The notes beneath the pieces are model-generated. The model was not told the origin of the DNA, did not search any database, and saw only the letters and a program-made list of their open reading frames with translations. A stretch of 57,505 nt of DNA, filler included, from Sphacelaria rigidula (taxonomy: Eukaryota), in assembly GCA_964200075.2 (NCBI GenBank). It is 7 parts of 7 records of this genome, joined end to end, with 100 filler letters (N's around TTAATTAATTAA, not from the genome) between each part and the next. Parts side by side here need not be neighbours in the genome. Positions count along the whole stretch, not along the records: positions 24,691 to 32,819 come from CAXNAA020012194.1; positions 32,920 to 41,048 come from CAXNAA020012195.1; 5 more parts are not named here. One strand, given 5' to 3'. This document shows positions 25,573 to 38,295 of this stretch, piece after piece (the stretch's first letter is position 1; each line of letters begins with the position of its first letter). The position numbers and the translations under genes are program-made.

Positions 25573-28500
25573 GATCATCTGCGCATAACCGCACAAAACG
25601 TCGCAGACGAGCGATTTGATGCCGGCATTTTCGGGGGATTACTACCGCCACCGGGGTCGTCGGGCCCGTCCCCCGTGCAACCTCCGCCAATCTGCCCTCC
25701 GGGCAGCGAGCCGTCGACCGTCAAACCGGATACGCTATTAGGCGTCACGCCAGCGCGGGAGGCGGCTTCCAAGGCCCTCGCAAAGTCGCTGGAGCTCGCC
25801 CGCGGACGGGTAAGCTATCTGGAGAGCTTGGTGACAGAGGTCCGGGGTGACGACGGGGACGGGAAGGATGGAAGGCAAGACTTCGCGGTTAACGAGGATA
25901 GAGAGCCGGGACTTGTTGCTACTTCGGCGGGAAAAGACGTTTTCGGAGACGAAGCGGGAGTCCAAAGTGACGCGCACAGGGATGTGTCATCTCTTGCTAC
26001 TGGTGAAAATATTGGGGCTGCGTTGGCGGCTGGTGAAAAAGATGAGGGGGCCGGTGACCCTCTTGGGAACGATTGTTGGGGGCCATCGCGGGGCGGTGGG
26101 GAGGAAGAAACGTTATCAGGAGTAGAATGCCGCACGGTCCATGGGAAGGAGGCTGCGGCGGCACTGACGGATGTGAGCGAGACCGTTCCACCAACGCTTT
26201 CGGATGTGTCTCGACCGCCGGGTGATGGCACTACGAATACCATCCCGTCAGTCAGTGGCGTAAACAGCGCGGGTGCGGACGCTGCGGCACAGACCCAACC
26301 CGAGGATGATCCAGGAGAATCTCGCAACCGCCGCGCCGATGGAGGACTCGGAGGACTCAGAAAACACAGCGCCTTGGTTGACGGGAGAGGGCTTGTTCCG
26401 GGAGAACACGTCATCGGCGGTGATGACGAGCGACTGGTCGCGGCGCTGGAGGAAGCCACCGGTTGGCGAATGAAGTCGCGCGCGGCGGAGGCTGCTTTGG
26501 CGGATATGCGGGAGACCTTGGGCGATGTGTTGGAGCTGTCTTTCCGGTGTGGCGAGGAGCACGGCTGTCATAACCGAGCTTCTGAGAAGATCGCTACCAC
26601 GTCGGCCGACGCTACAGTAGACAGTGTTGATGGCGACCAACAGGGCGTGGAAGCGGCGTCGGCAGCTTTTGCAGGGAAGGGACCGGAAAGCCGGGACAAA
26701 AACTTCGCGGGTGGCGCCGTAACCTCTCGATTGACGACGCCCGATCCGGTGGCGAATGATGAAGAGGGAGGCAATGACGATATGGAGAAGAAAGGTGGAG
26801 AACGTGTGCCTGATGAAGAGTGCGCGGGAAAGGCGGGTACGTGGCGGTGCAGCGCCGGCGGAAGACTGAGTGGGCGGTGCGGGGCGTGCGAGGCGCGAGC
26901 GAAGGCGGTTCACGAGCTATTGTCAAGGTGAAGACGTGGGGGTGACGTTTTTTTGTGTGCGTGCGGAGTTTGGGAGGGGAAGGGAGATGTATTCGGTGGG
27001 TCCATTCGAGACAGATCAGATTTGTACGCATGAGGGCATATCAACCGGGTGCGGTAATTTGTGTGGGGAAAATGGTATCCGCCCGACAAAGCAGTCACAG
27101 TGCACAAGGCTATGGGCATGATTCTCTGGTGAAACCGGCTTGCTTTTTGTATGGTGGTTCAAGCTGCCGTGTGCCCTCGCTTCTTATGCTGTTTTTTGTG
27201 CTGTCACTTGTTGGAGGCAACTGTGGTACTAGAACGTTGCCGGTCATGAGGCAAGGTAAAAATGCTCCCCTTTTTCCTCGCCAACCACACGTGTCCCCTC
27301 CAACGCTCAACGAAAACAGACTGCAGTCGACGTCTATCGCACAACACAACGATATCGTTCGAATGGAAGCGTCCCTGGCTCGCCTGCGCGACGCCCGGCA
27401 CCCCGCCGATGCTAGCCCCAACACCACAGCCAGCAACAGCCCCGCTGCTGAATCTACCCAGCATTTTTCGGGCACGAGTTGTACCGCCACGGATACTTCA
27501 AGGGCGATTCGGCATCCGCAAAAAGATCATCAACAACAGCACCACCAACAACAGCACCGATCGCTCTCCGGCCGGCCGAGCTTTGACACAGAAAGCAGTT
27601 CTAACCGTTTCGTTGGCGGTGACGGGCACCAACCAAGTTTCTCCTTTGATGGGATGGATTCAGACAACCAACATGCTAGCAGCAGCGGACAAAAAGCCAC
27701 AGCGACCGCAGTGGAGATGCCGAAGGAAAATACATGGCGCGGGCACGGGCTGGCGTGGTCAGAGTCATCTTCGGATATATCGCCGTCGGCCGTCGGAGCT
27801 GCGGCGAAACAGAGGAGGAAAATGTCGGTGGACGTAATGTCGACTGGAGTCGAGGACGATTATGGTGGGCGAGGTGATGGTGTCAGGAGCAGTGGTAGCC
27901 TTGGTGGAGGACGGAGAGATGTTCGAACCGAGTGGCAGGTATTTGGGTATTGCGTTCGTACGTGCGCGTGCTTGTGTTTATTCCTGTCGAGCTTTTCGGT
28001 CGTGTTCTCGTGCTCGAAAAGCCGTCTCACAACGTGCCAGACGATTGCGGGGAACGTTTTGAATGACTCCCCCAAGTACCGATGCACCATTCGAAACGTC
28101 TCGCTTGTGGTCACTCGGAGCGCCGACCGTGTGTGCGTCTCTGCTGATGAAAATGAGAGCAGGAATTCGAAGGCCTAGACGCCGGGCCCGCACATCACCA
28201 CGTCGGGGGGAGCGGAGGGCTGGGATCTCCCATGGTACAGGGTGTCCTCGACCGTTGGATTGACGTGAGCAAGCGCCGCATCCTGGAAGGCTGGCTGGCT
28301 CACGTTTTGCACGGAGGACCCGTGGATGCGGCCAACGGCTGCTTCGTGCCGAGGGTACAGATTAGCAGTCTATCGAAAGAGGTACGGAGTTTGTGGGAGG
28401 AGAACATGTTCGCAACTTGACTGCTAGTGCAAGTAGTCACTTCAAGTCCACGTGTTCCGGCGCAGACACTCGTGGTTGGGATTTGTTCCGTAGCGCCTCA

Positions 28501-29558
28501 CCCCCCAAACCCCTCGCCAAATATTATGGGTCAACGTTACTTGGTGTCAGTGTGGATGATGACATCAATATTCGTTTGGGACTAATAGTTCCAGATGCTC
28601 GCCAGCGTGCACAGCACGCTTTTTCATCGGTGCCGTGCACGGTGCCGGTGTCACCTGTGCCACCGCACACTTTATCTTCGGCACACTCTACACGTGCATT
28701 GCGCAAGGATTCTCAGTATGCCTCGTTGGATTTTGACGACAAGTCTGGGGTAAGCGTACCTCGTTTTCGTGTGTGAAGGCTTCTGCAGTAAAGGTCCAGA
28801 GGCGATACACTTTTAGAATGTAGTCATTATCGAGTGGATCCACGTAGTTGACCCCAATGCAGATGTTTGTGGCTTGATTTTAAGGTACCTTTGACGGCTC
28901 CTGCGGTGAAGGCCCCAAACGTTTCGCAGCTAAGGGGTGAAGGGGTATACGTGTCGCTAGAGCCACGCTTCGTGCTTAGGTGTTACTAGGGTTACGTGTG
29001 GTGTGTGTTTTGTGTCACGATCAGCGTTTGGAGTTGGAGGAGCAGGACTAGAGTCGGGCATCTTAGTTTGCAGTTGAATATTTTGTGTTCAGGCCAATTC
29101 TTTGGTGGTCAGGGAGACCTCGGGGGTAATAGTTGGGAGCTCAATAAATCTCGAGCTCGTCAATCGGCTCTCAGATATCGTCTTATACGTGTGTACCGCT
29201 CGCAAATATCGACGATGTCGCGTGCGTCACCTCCGTTAGGTGTCCTTTCCTTCCCCATACTCTGTCAGTCAACGTCAACTACCGTTTTTGACGTTTGTTC
29301 TACCGGATAGGTGCGAGATGGACTGGTTTCCGTGGTGCTTCCCTTGCTGCTACACCGGCGAGGTGTTTTGCTACAGGTGCTGACCAGAGAACGCGTCGAA
29401 GTCGTGCACGATATCCAGGTGGGCAGAAAATCGTGACAAAACATCTCTCACTGGACTAGAGCCAAAAATGTCCCATGGTACGCGTGAAGACGCGGAGTAC
29501 GCTGCTTCACGTTCAAGATCATATACTTATATCCGCTTGTGGTTGTGATTTTTGCTCT

Positions 29559-29603
<45 letters not shown>

Positions 29604-30100
29604 TGGCTGTTGTTGTGGCTGCTGTTGTGGCCGTTGAAATGCAATCATTTTATGGGAGCTCTTTCTCCCCACCCCCCGAACGTACCCGTCAGATTCGTGT
29701 GACCCCAGTAGCCGGGCGAAAAGACAACTCCACCACGTCCATCACCCGCTCTATCTCGGGTGGGGGCGGAGGCGGAGGAGCAAGCGGGGCGGCGGGCGGC
29801 GGGCGCGGTGCCGGCATCGGTCGATGGCGCGCCCCCGCGGGGGAGAGGGAGCACGGCGCACGCATCAGGGACATGGTGATGCGAGCTGCGCACGCTGGGT
29901 ACGTGGAGGAAGACGAAGCGGGAATGATGGGCGCGGATGGGGGCGTGTGGTCGAAGCCGCTTGCCTCAGTAGATTCGCTGTCGAGGCAGCTGAGAGACAC
30001 TTGGGAGAACTTCAATGACAGCCTGGCTGTCATGAAAGCACCGCGGAGATTCGGGGAGGGGCCGCTGCGAAGAAGCGGTCCACCGTCACCCAAGTATTGA
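25573..30100 (+). CDS. Uncharacterised protein, 5'-partial spliced gene (exons 25573-26927, 27320-27938, 28163-28381, 29311-29418, 29693-30100)
   Basis: All junctions GT-AG and phase-consistent (2, 0, 0, 0). Short coiled-coil-like segments lie within disordered sequence. A compact region follows: SPMVQGVLDRW...LEGWLAHVL...QISSLSKE|VRDGLVSVVLPLLL...HDIQ|IRVTP. Stop at 30098-30100. Confidence 0.78.
29560..29600. repeat. (CTG)n microsatellite, intronic
   Basis: Direct reading of the GCTGCTGCT run. Confidence 0.95.
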
Positions 30101-32457
30101 TGCCAGACCTTTTTTTTCACGTATCTTTACTGAGGTGTCCCTTCATTTAATTTCCCGCTTTCCTCTTTTTATTTCTTGGTTGTTGTCTTGTTTTGGATTG
30201 TTTGAAAAATATGTAGCTCTGTAGATTGAGGTTTTTATCTGGGATGTTGAAGTTCTTCATGCCCCATTCAGTGTTCTGAGAGTGGTCTGCAACATTCAGT
30301 AGTAGCGGTCGTCGCTAGCAGCAGGATGGCGGAACTTTATCTCAACGCAGTGCAATTTGTGCAGTACGGTATCCATGCCCTGCTCACAACCACCACCTGT
30401 ACAGCAGCTATCGCGCCATAGCACACTACTTGCTCTGCTGCGTCGTGTTCTCCGTTAAAAACGGCCAACATGCTGGTCCTGTATTGTAGACTTGTTTTCA
30501 CGCGAAAGGCACAAAAGTGTTGCGCGTGCTCAGTTGCCCGTTCGGTCTTGCTGATTGTACTTTTGCTGTCAGGTACCCTACCGTGCGATATCTTTTCTTT
30601 TTTTTGTGATTTACAATTTTCCAAGCCGACGGTCAGACGCCGTGTGATGCTCTCCCCAAGATCGACGAAGTTGGCGGAGGAGACATCACCCTCAATTCCT
30701 CCCTTACAGCACATGCCGAGAGGCGTGTAGCAGGTAGCACCTGTCGCGGCTTCATGCTGCGCTGAAAGCTGCTGCCATGTGCGGGGGCATCTCGGTTGCT
30801 GTGTTCCTACAAAGGCGCCCGTTTGTATGCTCGAAGTGTTCGGCATCTAAATTCGAAGATGGAAATCGCATCCCTCGGGCGTTCTATATGTACGGGGGGT
30901 TCTCCGAGAGCTTGAAGGCAACGTACTTTTATCGTATGCTCGTATGTTTGTACTACCTTATTTTCAATTGATGGGGATGGTTCGGTAGTGGAATATTTTC
31001 TCAGGGGTAGAATGGCTATATGTGTGGCCATCACCAAAGTCGGGGGCAGATCTGAGCAAATGAAAAAACTGAAGCACCTGCATCTGGTTATTCAGAGAAA
31101 CCAAGTCATTATTCCAAACATGCACACGGTGTCGAAACCCCGTGTGCGGATGCAGTGAAAGATTTCCCTACTCATGAGTCGACGCTTGTCGACAAATATG
31201 TGTGTTGATCGGTGCCGTGTACCGAATTCTCATGTCCGGGTGTTGCGTTGTGTTTTGTTTCCCCCGTGTTCTCGGTCACTAGACTTTGAGTGAATTGTGT
31301 GATGATGCGATGTAAGGTGTATTAAGTGTGCAGATGCAGGTACATGAGTAGTATGAAGTGATACATTTACCACAGTTTCAGTAGGGGTGAATGGAAAAAC
31401 TGTACAGGCGGGTGTTTTTCACCCTCTAGGGGTTAATTTTTACGATAGCAGTGACGGTAGCTGTCAACGTGCTTTTCGATATGTGTTGGGTTTTGTTCTA
31501 GTAAATTTTACTGTGAGGTGCATGTTTGTGTTCATCGTCGGTGTAACGACCAGGAGGCGGACTGCAGACTATACTGTAGAAAGACTGAGTTTGCTATGAT
31601 TGGCTCAAGAAAGTCATTTTGAGTGACAACCCGCAAGCCAACGCACCGCATTGTAATAGTCTACTCTGAGGACAATTTCATGTGGGGCAATGGGTGTGGA
31701 AACCTACGGTGGAGTATGTCCGTCCCTGGTATTAGCATTTGGGGTATTGACGGATCTGATGCAACACAGATGGTTGCTCTCTGGTCCTTACGAGCGCTGG
31801 TTACGACGTTCAACCAAACTTGTTGCTTGCCTTGATCGTGTGGTGCATACGAGTAGGGGTGTGGGGGGTGTACTCATGATCTTGCGTGCTATAGTCATAC
31901 GACCATTGGCCTCGCATCCCTACAAAGCCTGGACGGAGCACGCCGGGTTTTCGCCGAATCAGGCTCGTAATCAATCGCCAAGCGCGAAGCGCCGTGATGC
32001 GTTCGACGAGTTGCATAAAGAGTGAGCTGTATACTGCTAAGAATGTTCGGCTCGACGCGTACTGATTATCTTGCATGTGGATAATAACTCCCACCGAGTT
32101 GCTTCATGTTCTGGTATCGATACTTACACAGAGAGCCACGGGTTTCACGCTGCCTCATAGATGTCTCACAATTAGTATACGGGAGGGGGGTCGTTATTTC
32201 CTTGCGCGTGTGGGATTCTGTGTATACGGTGTCATGGTAGTCGCCGACCGACGTCACTGTACTGTGGGGTGTTGGGTCTTGTGTGTGGTTTGCGTTTGCT
32301 TGCTGATGGTGTCGCCCTGATGTTCAACATGGTATTTGTACAACGGGTAAAGATGGCAAGAGCTTCACGGTTATGTATCTTTCTTGCTATTACGCTTTTT
32401 CGTGCTCGATAGACCGAGTTTTTGTCCTTTCACATCATTATTCCGTAAAGTTTACAC

Positions 32458-32730
32458 TAGTTGGTAGCCAAACCTCATGGCTGAATAATTACTTGGTTTC
32501 GGTATGGACTATCATATTTGAATGTTCGGAAGGCTGACAGTCTCATGTGCTCCGCAGTGTGCCCAGACGCGTTATGAGGCACCCATTGGAGCGCTGCCAA
32601 CGCACACTTTGCCTTTTGCCCCCTGTGTGCAATCCTTTCCGGGGGTAATGGTTATATTTGGGGTTAGGGTTAATGTTGGGGTTCACCTAAAAGTGACCAT
32701 GTGTCAACCATGAATTTTGGCAACCAACTA
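32458..32730. mobile_element. Small MITE-like element
   Basis: Inverted termini TAGTTGGTAGCCAAACCTCATGGCTGA and TCAACCATGAATTTTGGCAACCAACTA, with TA at both extremes. Confidence 0.6.
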
Positions 32731-35694
32731 ACTGGTGTCAACGTGCCTATTATTCACAGGGAGGGATACGTGACACGTGACGTCTTAACGTGACACATTC
32801 GAAAACACGTAACTTTGGGNNNNNNNNNNNNNNNNNNNNNNNNNNNNNNNNNNNNNNNNNNNNTTAATTAATTAANNNNNNNNNNNNNNNNNNNNNNNNN
32901 NNNNNNNNNNNNNNNNNNNGATTCATTCGCTGATTGGCCGCTTTTCACTCTCAATCGTATCATCTACTCTCAATCTCACGAAAACACTGTTAATGGTGTT
33001 ATTCTTGTGCTGTCCAGGACTGGTCCAATATCCATGGTCGAAAAATACTCGGCCTCTCAGTGCGAGCCATGATCAGGTCTTCACAGGGGTAACGGTCTCG
33101 AGGTTTCGCCCAGCCCGCGCACAGAAGACACTTTGTTCGATACCCCCCCGGAAAAAGTGCATGGTTTTGGGAGGCAAAATTTTCACGTAAATCGAAATGG
33201 GAAAAGCCGAGCACGACGAGCAGCTGGGAATTCCTACGCTTGGGTTTGTTCTCGCCAATATTGCCAATATGAGGCGTTTCATGCAGCCTGAACCCGAACA
33301 TCAGGCGCTGTATGGCCATTTGTTCGCGACACTTTTGGGCTGGTTTTGGGGGAGGGCTATCGTGGAAAGTGTTGTAGGTTGTAGGACGAACAATAATTGC
33401 CGATTTTGGGTATGCCAAGGCACGTTTTGTCTGGGGAGCTGTGTGTGTCGCCGTTGCTCGGACGTTTTCTGCCTGCCTTCGGACAGCCTATGGGTCAGGG
33501 AAAATGTATTGGCGTGTGAAAAACAAAGCACGTTCAACCATAAATGAGTGGAGGGCCGAGTATCGCCAAATTTGATCCTTGGAGGGGGGGGGCGGCTCTA
33601 GCTTTGAGCGCAGTCTGTGGTTGATTTTTCATAGAAACCAACACTAACCCTTACCCTAACCCTGACCCCGACCCGAGGCGCATGAGACCCTCGGGCAAGA
33701 GGGATGTCTAGATTCTCCTAGGCAAAGTCTGCGTCAGCAGACCTCAAATCGACGCCGCAGTCCCCGATGGGACAAAAACATATTCTGCACGAACTGAGTC
33801 CACTGATCACCTGGCCCAAACCCTAACATTTCTCAGAAATTCGGTCATTCTGAAATCAAGTACAACCAAGTACCAACCAATGGCTTCCCTCAAAGCCAGG
33901 GGATCTACGATAGTATGGTCAGCTGATAATTCGTATCTTCAGAAGCGGGTGGCGGTTGGAGAGGCACCATGTACTCTCTCTCTGAGTACAGAGCGTTGTA
34001 TGTAGAAGAGTGTTTGCGGTGTATGGCCCCCTAACCCGTATCATACATGGATTTCGAGCTTACACACGCGGCCATTCGGCTACCCCCTCAAAATCCTCTA
34101 TCGCGATTTTTATCCTATATTTATATCCGCTAAAGGGCATTTCATACTCGGTTCTGGTCATGAAACAAATCCTCTGGAGAGCATCTGATGCTCCAGTGAC
34201 TTCTGAGGTCTAAAGCCCCCCAGAGTACCAAAAATATGGTGCTTTGCAGCACGTGGTTTTCGTGAACGCCCCTTAGAGAGAAATATGAATAGCAGAGGGA
34301 AAGATGAGCATCACTCCTCTGGAGGAGGGACCGCCTATGGCCTCTAAGGCATTTGCGGCGACTCCGGAGGACAGAGCCGTGCAGTACCCTCCAGCTTGTA
34401 AATTTACAATTGTGCAGTTGTGTCCTAACTGCTTCCAGGGCACGTTTGGGACCACAGCAATCTTATGGTATGGGCCATCACCCCAGATATACCTGTATCA
34501 CCCGCCGTTCACATTGACCTTCCTCCTGTATGACCCCGGCCGGTGCGCCCACATCCTGTATACCGGCGTCCAGAATAAATGGGACGACAACACCCAACCC
34601 AACCCGCCGTTCACAGATTGAATTGCGAACCCGACAACACTTATATTCCCAGCTACAATACCACCACAATAACCCGCAGCAAAGAGCGTGAGTCGGGCAC
34701 AGGGATATAGATACACACTGCAGTAGTTGGGTATGATGTATGTCTTGTTGGTGGAAGCATAAACTCGAGCACCTTCTTCCATGGTCGCGGAGTCGCGCGG
34801 TGCCGGAACCATGCGGGGTAGGGTGCAGCAATAACCGGCAGCTTATATGGCATACACACCCGTCATGCACAGTAGTGCAGGCAGACAAAGCTGCGCGCAC
34901 ACTGTCTGTTCAAGTCCTTTTCACGTCGCACTGTGAGCAAAAAACATACACATAGTCCTGCGCTGTCTGTACTGTACTTTGCCCGCTTCCCCTTCACGTC
35001 CTACTGACTGCAGCGGTGAGCATGCTGCAAAACGGGCGTCGTGATACATACTCAGTAGCTGACGGTATATAACACCCCCATGTACCCCAATTTACAGGCA
35101 TCCCCTTTGTTCAGCCATGCGTGGCACATATGCCGCGCTGCCTCTGTAGTATATTGCACCGCACGTAAATAAGCACGATATGGTACTGTCCTGCACGGTA
35201 TTGCACAGTTCAGGACAGCACCAAACCGTGCTTATTGTTGTGATGGTCATATCGTCGTCAACGTACAGAATACACCGCGATCATATTTTTTCGCGTGTTC
35301 ATTCGAACAAATTGTAGACCCGGGACTACGGGGTTTCAAAACCTGTATACATACATTATAGAGGTTCGTGCTGTTTGTCCACCATCACCACTAGCCTATT
35401 TCAAGTGCTGGCGGGAAAAATTAGGACGTTTTTTGGACAGCTTCTGGTGTACAAATTACACCTGCGAGTGTAAATGGGATTTGTACAGCCTCTGCTGTTC
35501 GAAATAGATCCTTTTTGCCCGATTGCAATAACTTGGAATGAGGATTTATATCGATATCGAATGGAAGAGGCAGCAAAAAATCCAGATTTTTCCATCGCAC
35601 AAGTGCCTTCAAAAACAAAATAGGGGATCCGAATATTCACACAGACCTTGGAGGGCCCCAATATTGAAGATCCTCTAGAGGATTACGAATAGAT

Positions 35695-37450
35695 TGCTCT
35701 GCTTCGCATCGCACTTCCAATTTTCCTCTATCCTTCCTCACATTGGAATGGAATGGAAGTGGGACAGAAGAGATAGACGCCCTCAATGAAGAAAAGCAAG
35801 AACGGCATACAAGCAGAAGAAGGGACGGAAAGAAAGTAAGGGTCATAGATTGACGATGACAATTCTTTCGCGTATCGCACCATGCAAATTCCAGACACTA
35901 TCGTTCTAGTCCGAGTGACATCCTTCCACGTGCGCAAGGGCGTGAAGACGCTATACTTCTGTTCTGTATTGGCAAATCACAGCTACCTACTGTGCTCGCG
36001 AGTACAGCCCGCCGTGCTTGTAACCTATACAAGACAAAATAACGATCCACCTTCACCTTCTATGATTACCGGTCCCGCGTCGTATTTTCCAATTCGAGAG
36101 CCCACGTTTTAAAATCTGCGGCACGTTACGGATGTTCGCAAACAAAGTGAAGCCTTCACGTAGTCAGTAGTGATACCCTCTGCATCTGCACCCACCACTG
36201 CCATGTACGTGCACCTGCATGTGCCCTCGAACCCTACAATGAAGACGGTGTACACCGTACTGTATTGGCAAAGTTAGTTCAGCGACCTACTGTGCTCGCG
36301 AGTACAGCCCGTGCTTGTGACCTGGCGCTGCGGTATTGTTTGTTCTTGCAGGTACAGCCCGTGCTTGTAATGTGGCATCACTGTATCGTCAGTGCTTGCT
36401 TTCATCCAAAACCCAACTAGAAAATTGCCTGTGAGCACGCCGCGATTGGCAAAACAACATGGTGAAAGGGGTGAGTGTGTACAAACAGAATAGGTCAACA
36501 CATCTTCCGCGTTCTTACCGTTTCCCTTGAACGGTGCGGATACACTGCACCGCCAGGGTACTGCTTGCACTCGTCAGCATCGCGGCTGCTGTCGTTGGCA
36601 TCGGCGCCAGCGCTCGCGGCCACGGCAAGATTAATTTTGCCACAAGGGAAGCTGATGCATACTCGTACTGTTGTATACAGTCCGTCTTCAGGTTCTAAAA
36701 CTAGAAAACACTGCAGAACTGCCGTGCTGTCTGGTGTTCAGTGTAGTACTCTGCACTTCATATACCACTGCAGAGTTGTCTTGTGCTGAGTGTACAAATC
36801 TGTACTCCAGATAATGAGGTCATGTTTTGAGCGGCTCTTGAAAAGTACTGCTTGTTTTTTGAAAGGTTCTCGAAAAGGTCTGCTCGTTTTTCCGTCACAG
36901 AAATCCAATACCGGATCTGGAATAGCCTGAGACAACAACCAATTTGAAAATTGGAATACCCAAGACCCTCTAAGGGGGATTTCAAAACGGACGGAACCGA
37001 GGATGACGTTCGGAAAGTTTCTACAAGGTAGCTGAATGCCCGCGTGTGTAGGGTGAGGACAACATGAAAGGATGGGGATGGAGCACCATAGGTTCTGGCG
37101 AATGCACAAACACATGTGCTTTGTGGAGGGGAGCATTATTAGTTGACATGCCGGGAAACAACATGTATCACTTTTGAACTATTGCACAACACGGAAGTTC
37201 TTCATAGATCGCTCTGCTTCGCATCGCACTTCCAATTTTCCTATCCTTTCTCATAGTGGAATGAAATGGAAAAGGGACAGAAGAGACAGACGCCCTCAAT
37301 GAAGAAAAGCAAGAACGGCATGCAAGCAGAAGGGACGGAAAGAAAGTAGGGGTCATAGATTGACGATGACAATTCTTTCGCGCATCGCACCACGCAAATT
37401 CCAGACACTATTGTTTTAGTCCGAGTGACATCCTTTCACGTGCGCAAGGG
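35695..37450. repeat. Two ~245-bp near-identical copies of dispersed module A (35695-35942, 37208-37450) with module B between them (~36838-36960)
   Basis: Colinear GCTCTGCTTCGCATCGCACTTCCAATTTTCC...GACAATTCTTTCGCG...CACGTGCGCAAGGG in both copies. Confidence 0.9.
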
Positions 37451-38295
37451 TGAGCAGGAAGGCGGAGCTGAGACCGGAGTCGCCGCTCGGCAAGTTCCTG
37501 CTGGGTTCTCCCGATCTATCCCGGGCCACTACTTGTAGATCCGTCTTGACGTACACGTACAACACGTGTCTCCTGGAATGCCAGGGGGCATCGAACGAGG
37601 CAAATGCGCTTGCCACCCCCAGTGGTGCAATCGTGCTTGAGCCATTTCCCCTGCAAACGGAACTGCGTGACGTAGTGGGCGCCCACCCAGATGAGTTACA
37701 CAACCGAGATCAAATGTGCTCCTCTACGCCTAAAGAGAGAGTCTCGGACGCGTCGGGCTGAAGGCCAACGACTGCATCGACGGCAGCAGCACTCGACGAG
37801 ATAAATAGGCGGGCGGGGGCGTTGATAGCCGAGAAACAGGAAATTCCAAAAACACATGTCCGATGGGATGATCCCGCATGAAGGACAATTTCCCGCCTCA
37901 AGGAAAGAAAAGTCAAGACAAGTACCTCCCAAAAATAAATCAACCACGGTGGCCTGCAGAGTTCTACTGTTTCCGTGAGGAACCATGAAGGTAGCTGGGT
38001 CACGCAAAGCCGCAGATTGCTCGGGCGTTTTCGTCCGCAGGCTGTGGTCGTCTACGAGCAAGTAACGTGACGCCTCCACAAAATCCCTACAGATTCTCCC
38101 GTAGGCAAAACCACTTGGAGGTTGCTGGCGCGTGTCCGGCCAGGTCGCTGGCACCTGAGGCTTACGTCTTCGGCAAATGGCTTCGAACACGCTCGCCGTC
38201 TCGCCTATTTGACCACCGCCTCCGGGTAAACCGCCGTCTGACATGACGAAGTCGCGCGCTTCCGCCAGCTTCACCTGGTGAAGGTTAGTTGGCAT
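37450..38295 (-). pseudogene. Decayed coding fragment with a USP (peptidase C19)-like His-box
   Basis: Frameshifted minus-strand reading FDLGCV../IWVGAHYVTQFRLQGKWLKHDC...HVLYVYVK, with an upstream CPSCG knuckle. No Cys-box recognised. Confidence 0.4.

Noticed and set aside
24130..25573. Joining the FUSC-like gene to the 25573-30100 gene
   Set aside because: They are separated by an artificial contig junction and the splice phases differ (1 versus 0).
30337..30846. Kinesin-like motif (NFVDLGES) in a minus-strand ORF
   Set aside because: Only a partial resemblance to LVDLAGSE, with no other motor motifs.
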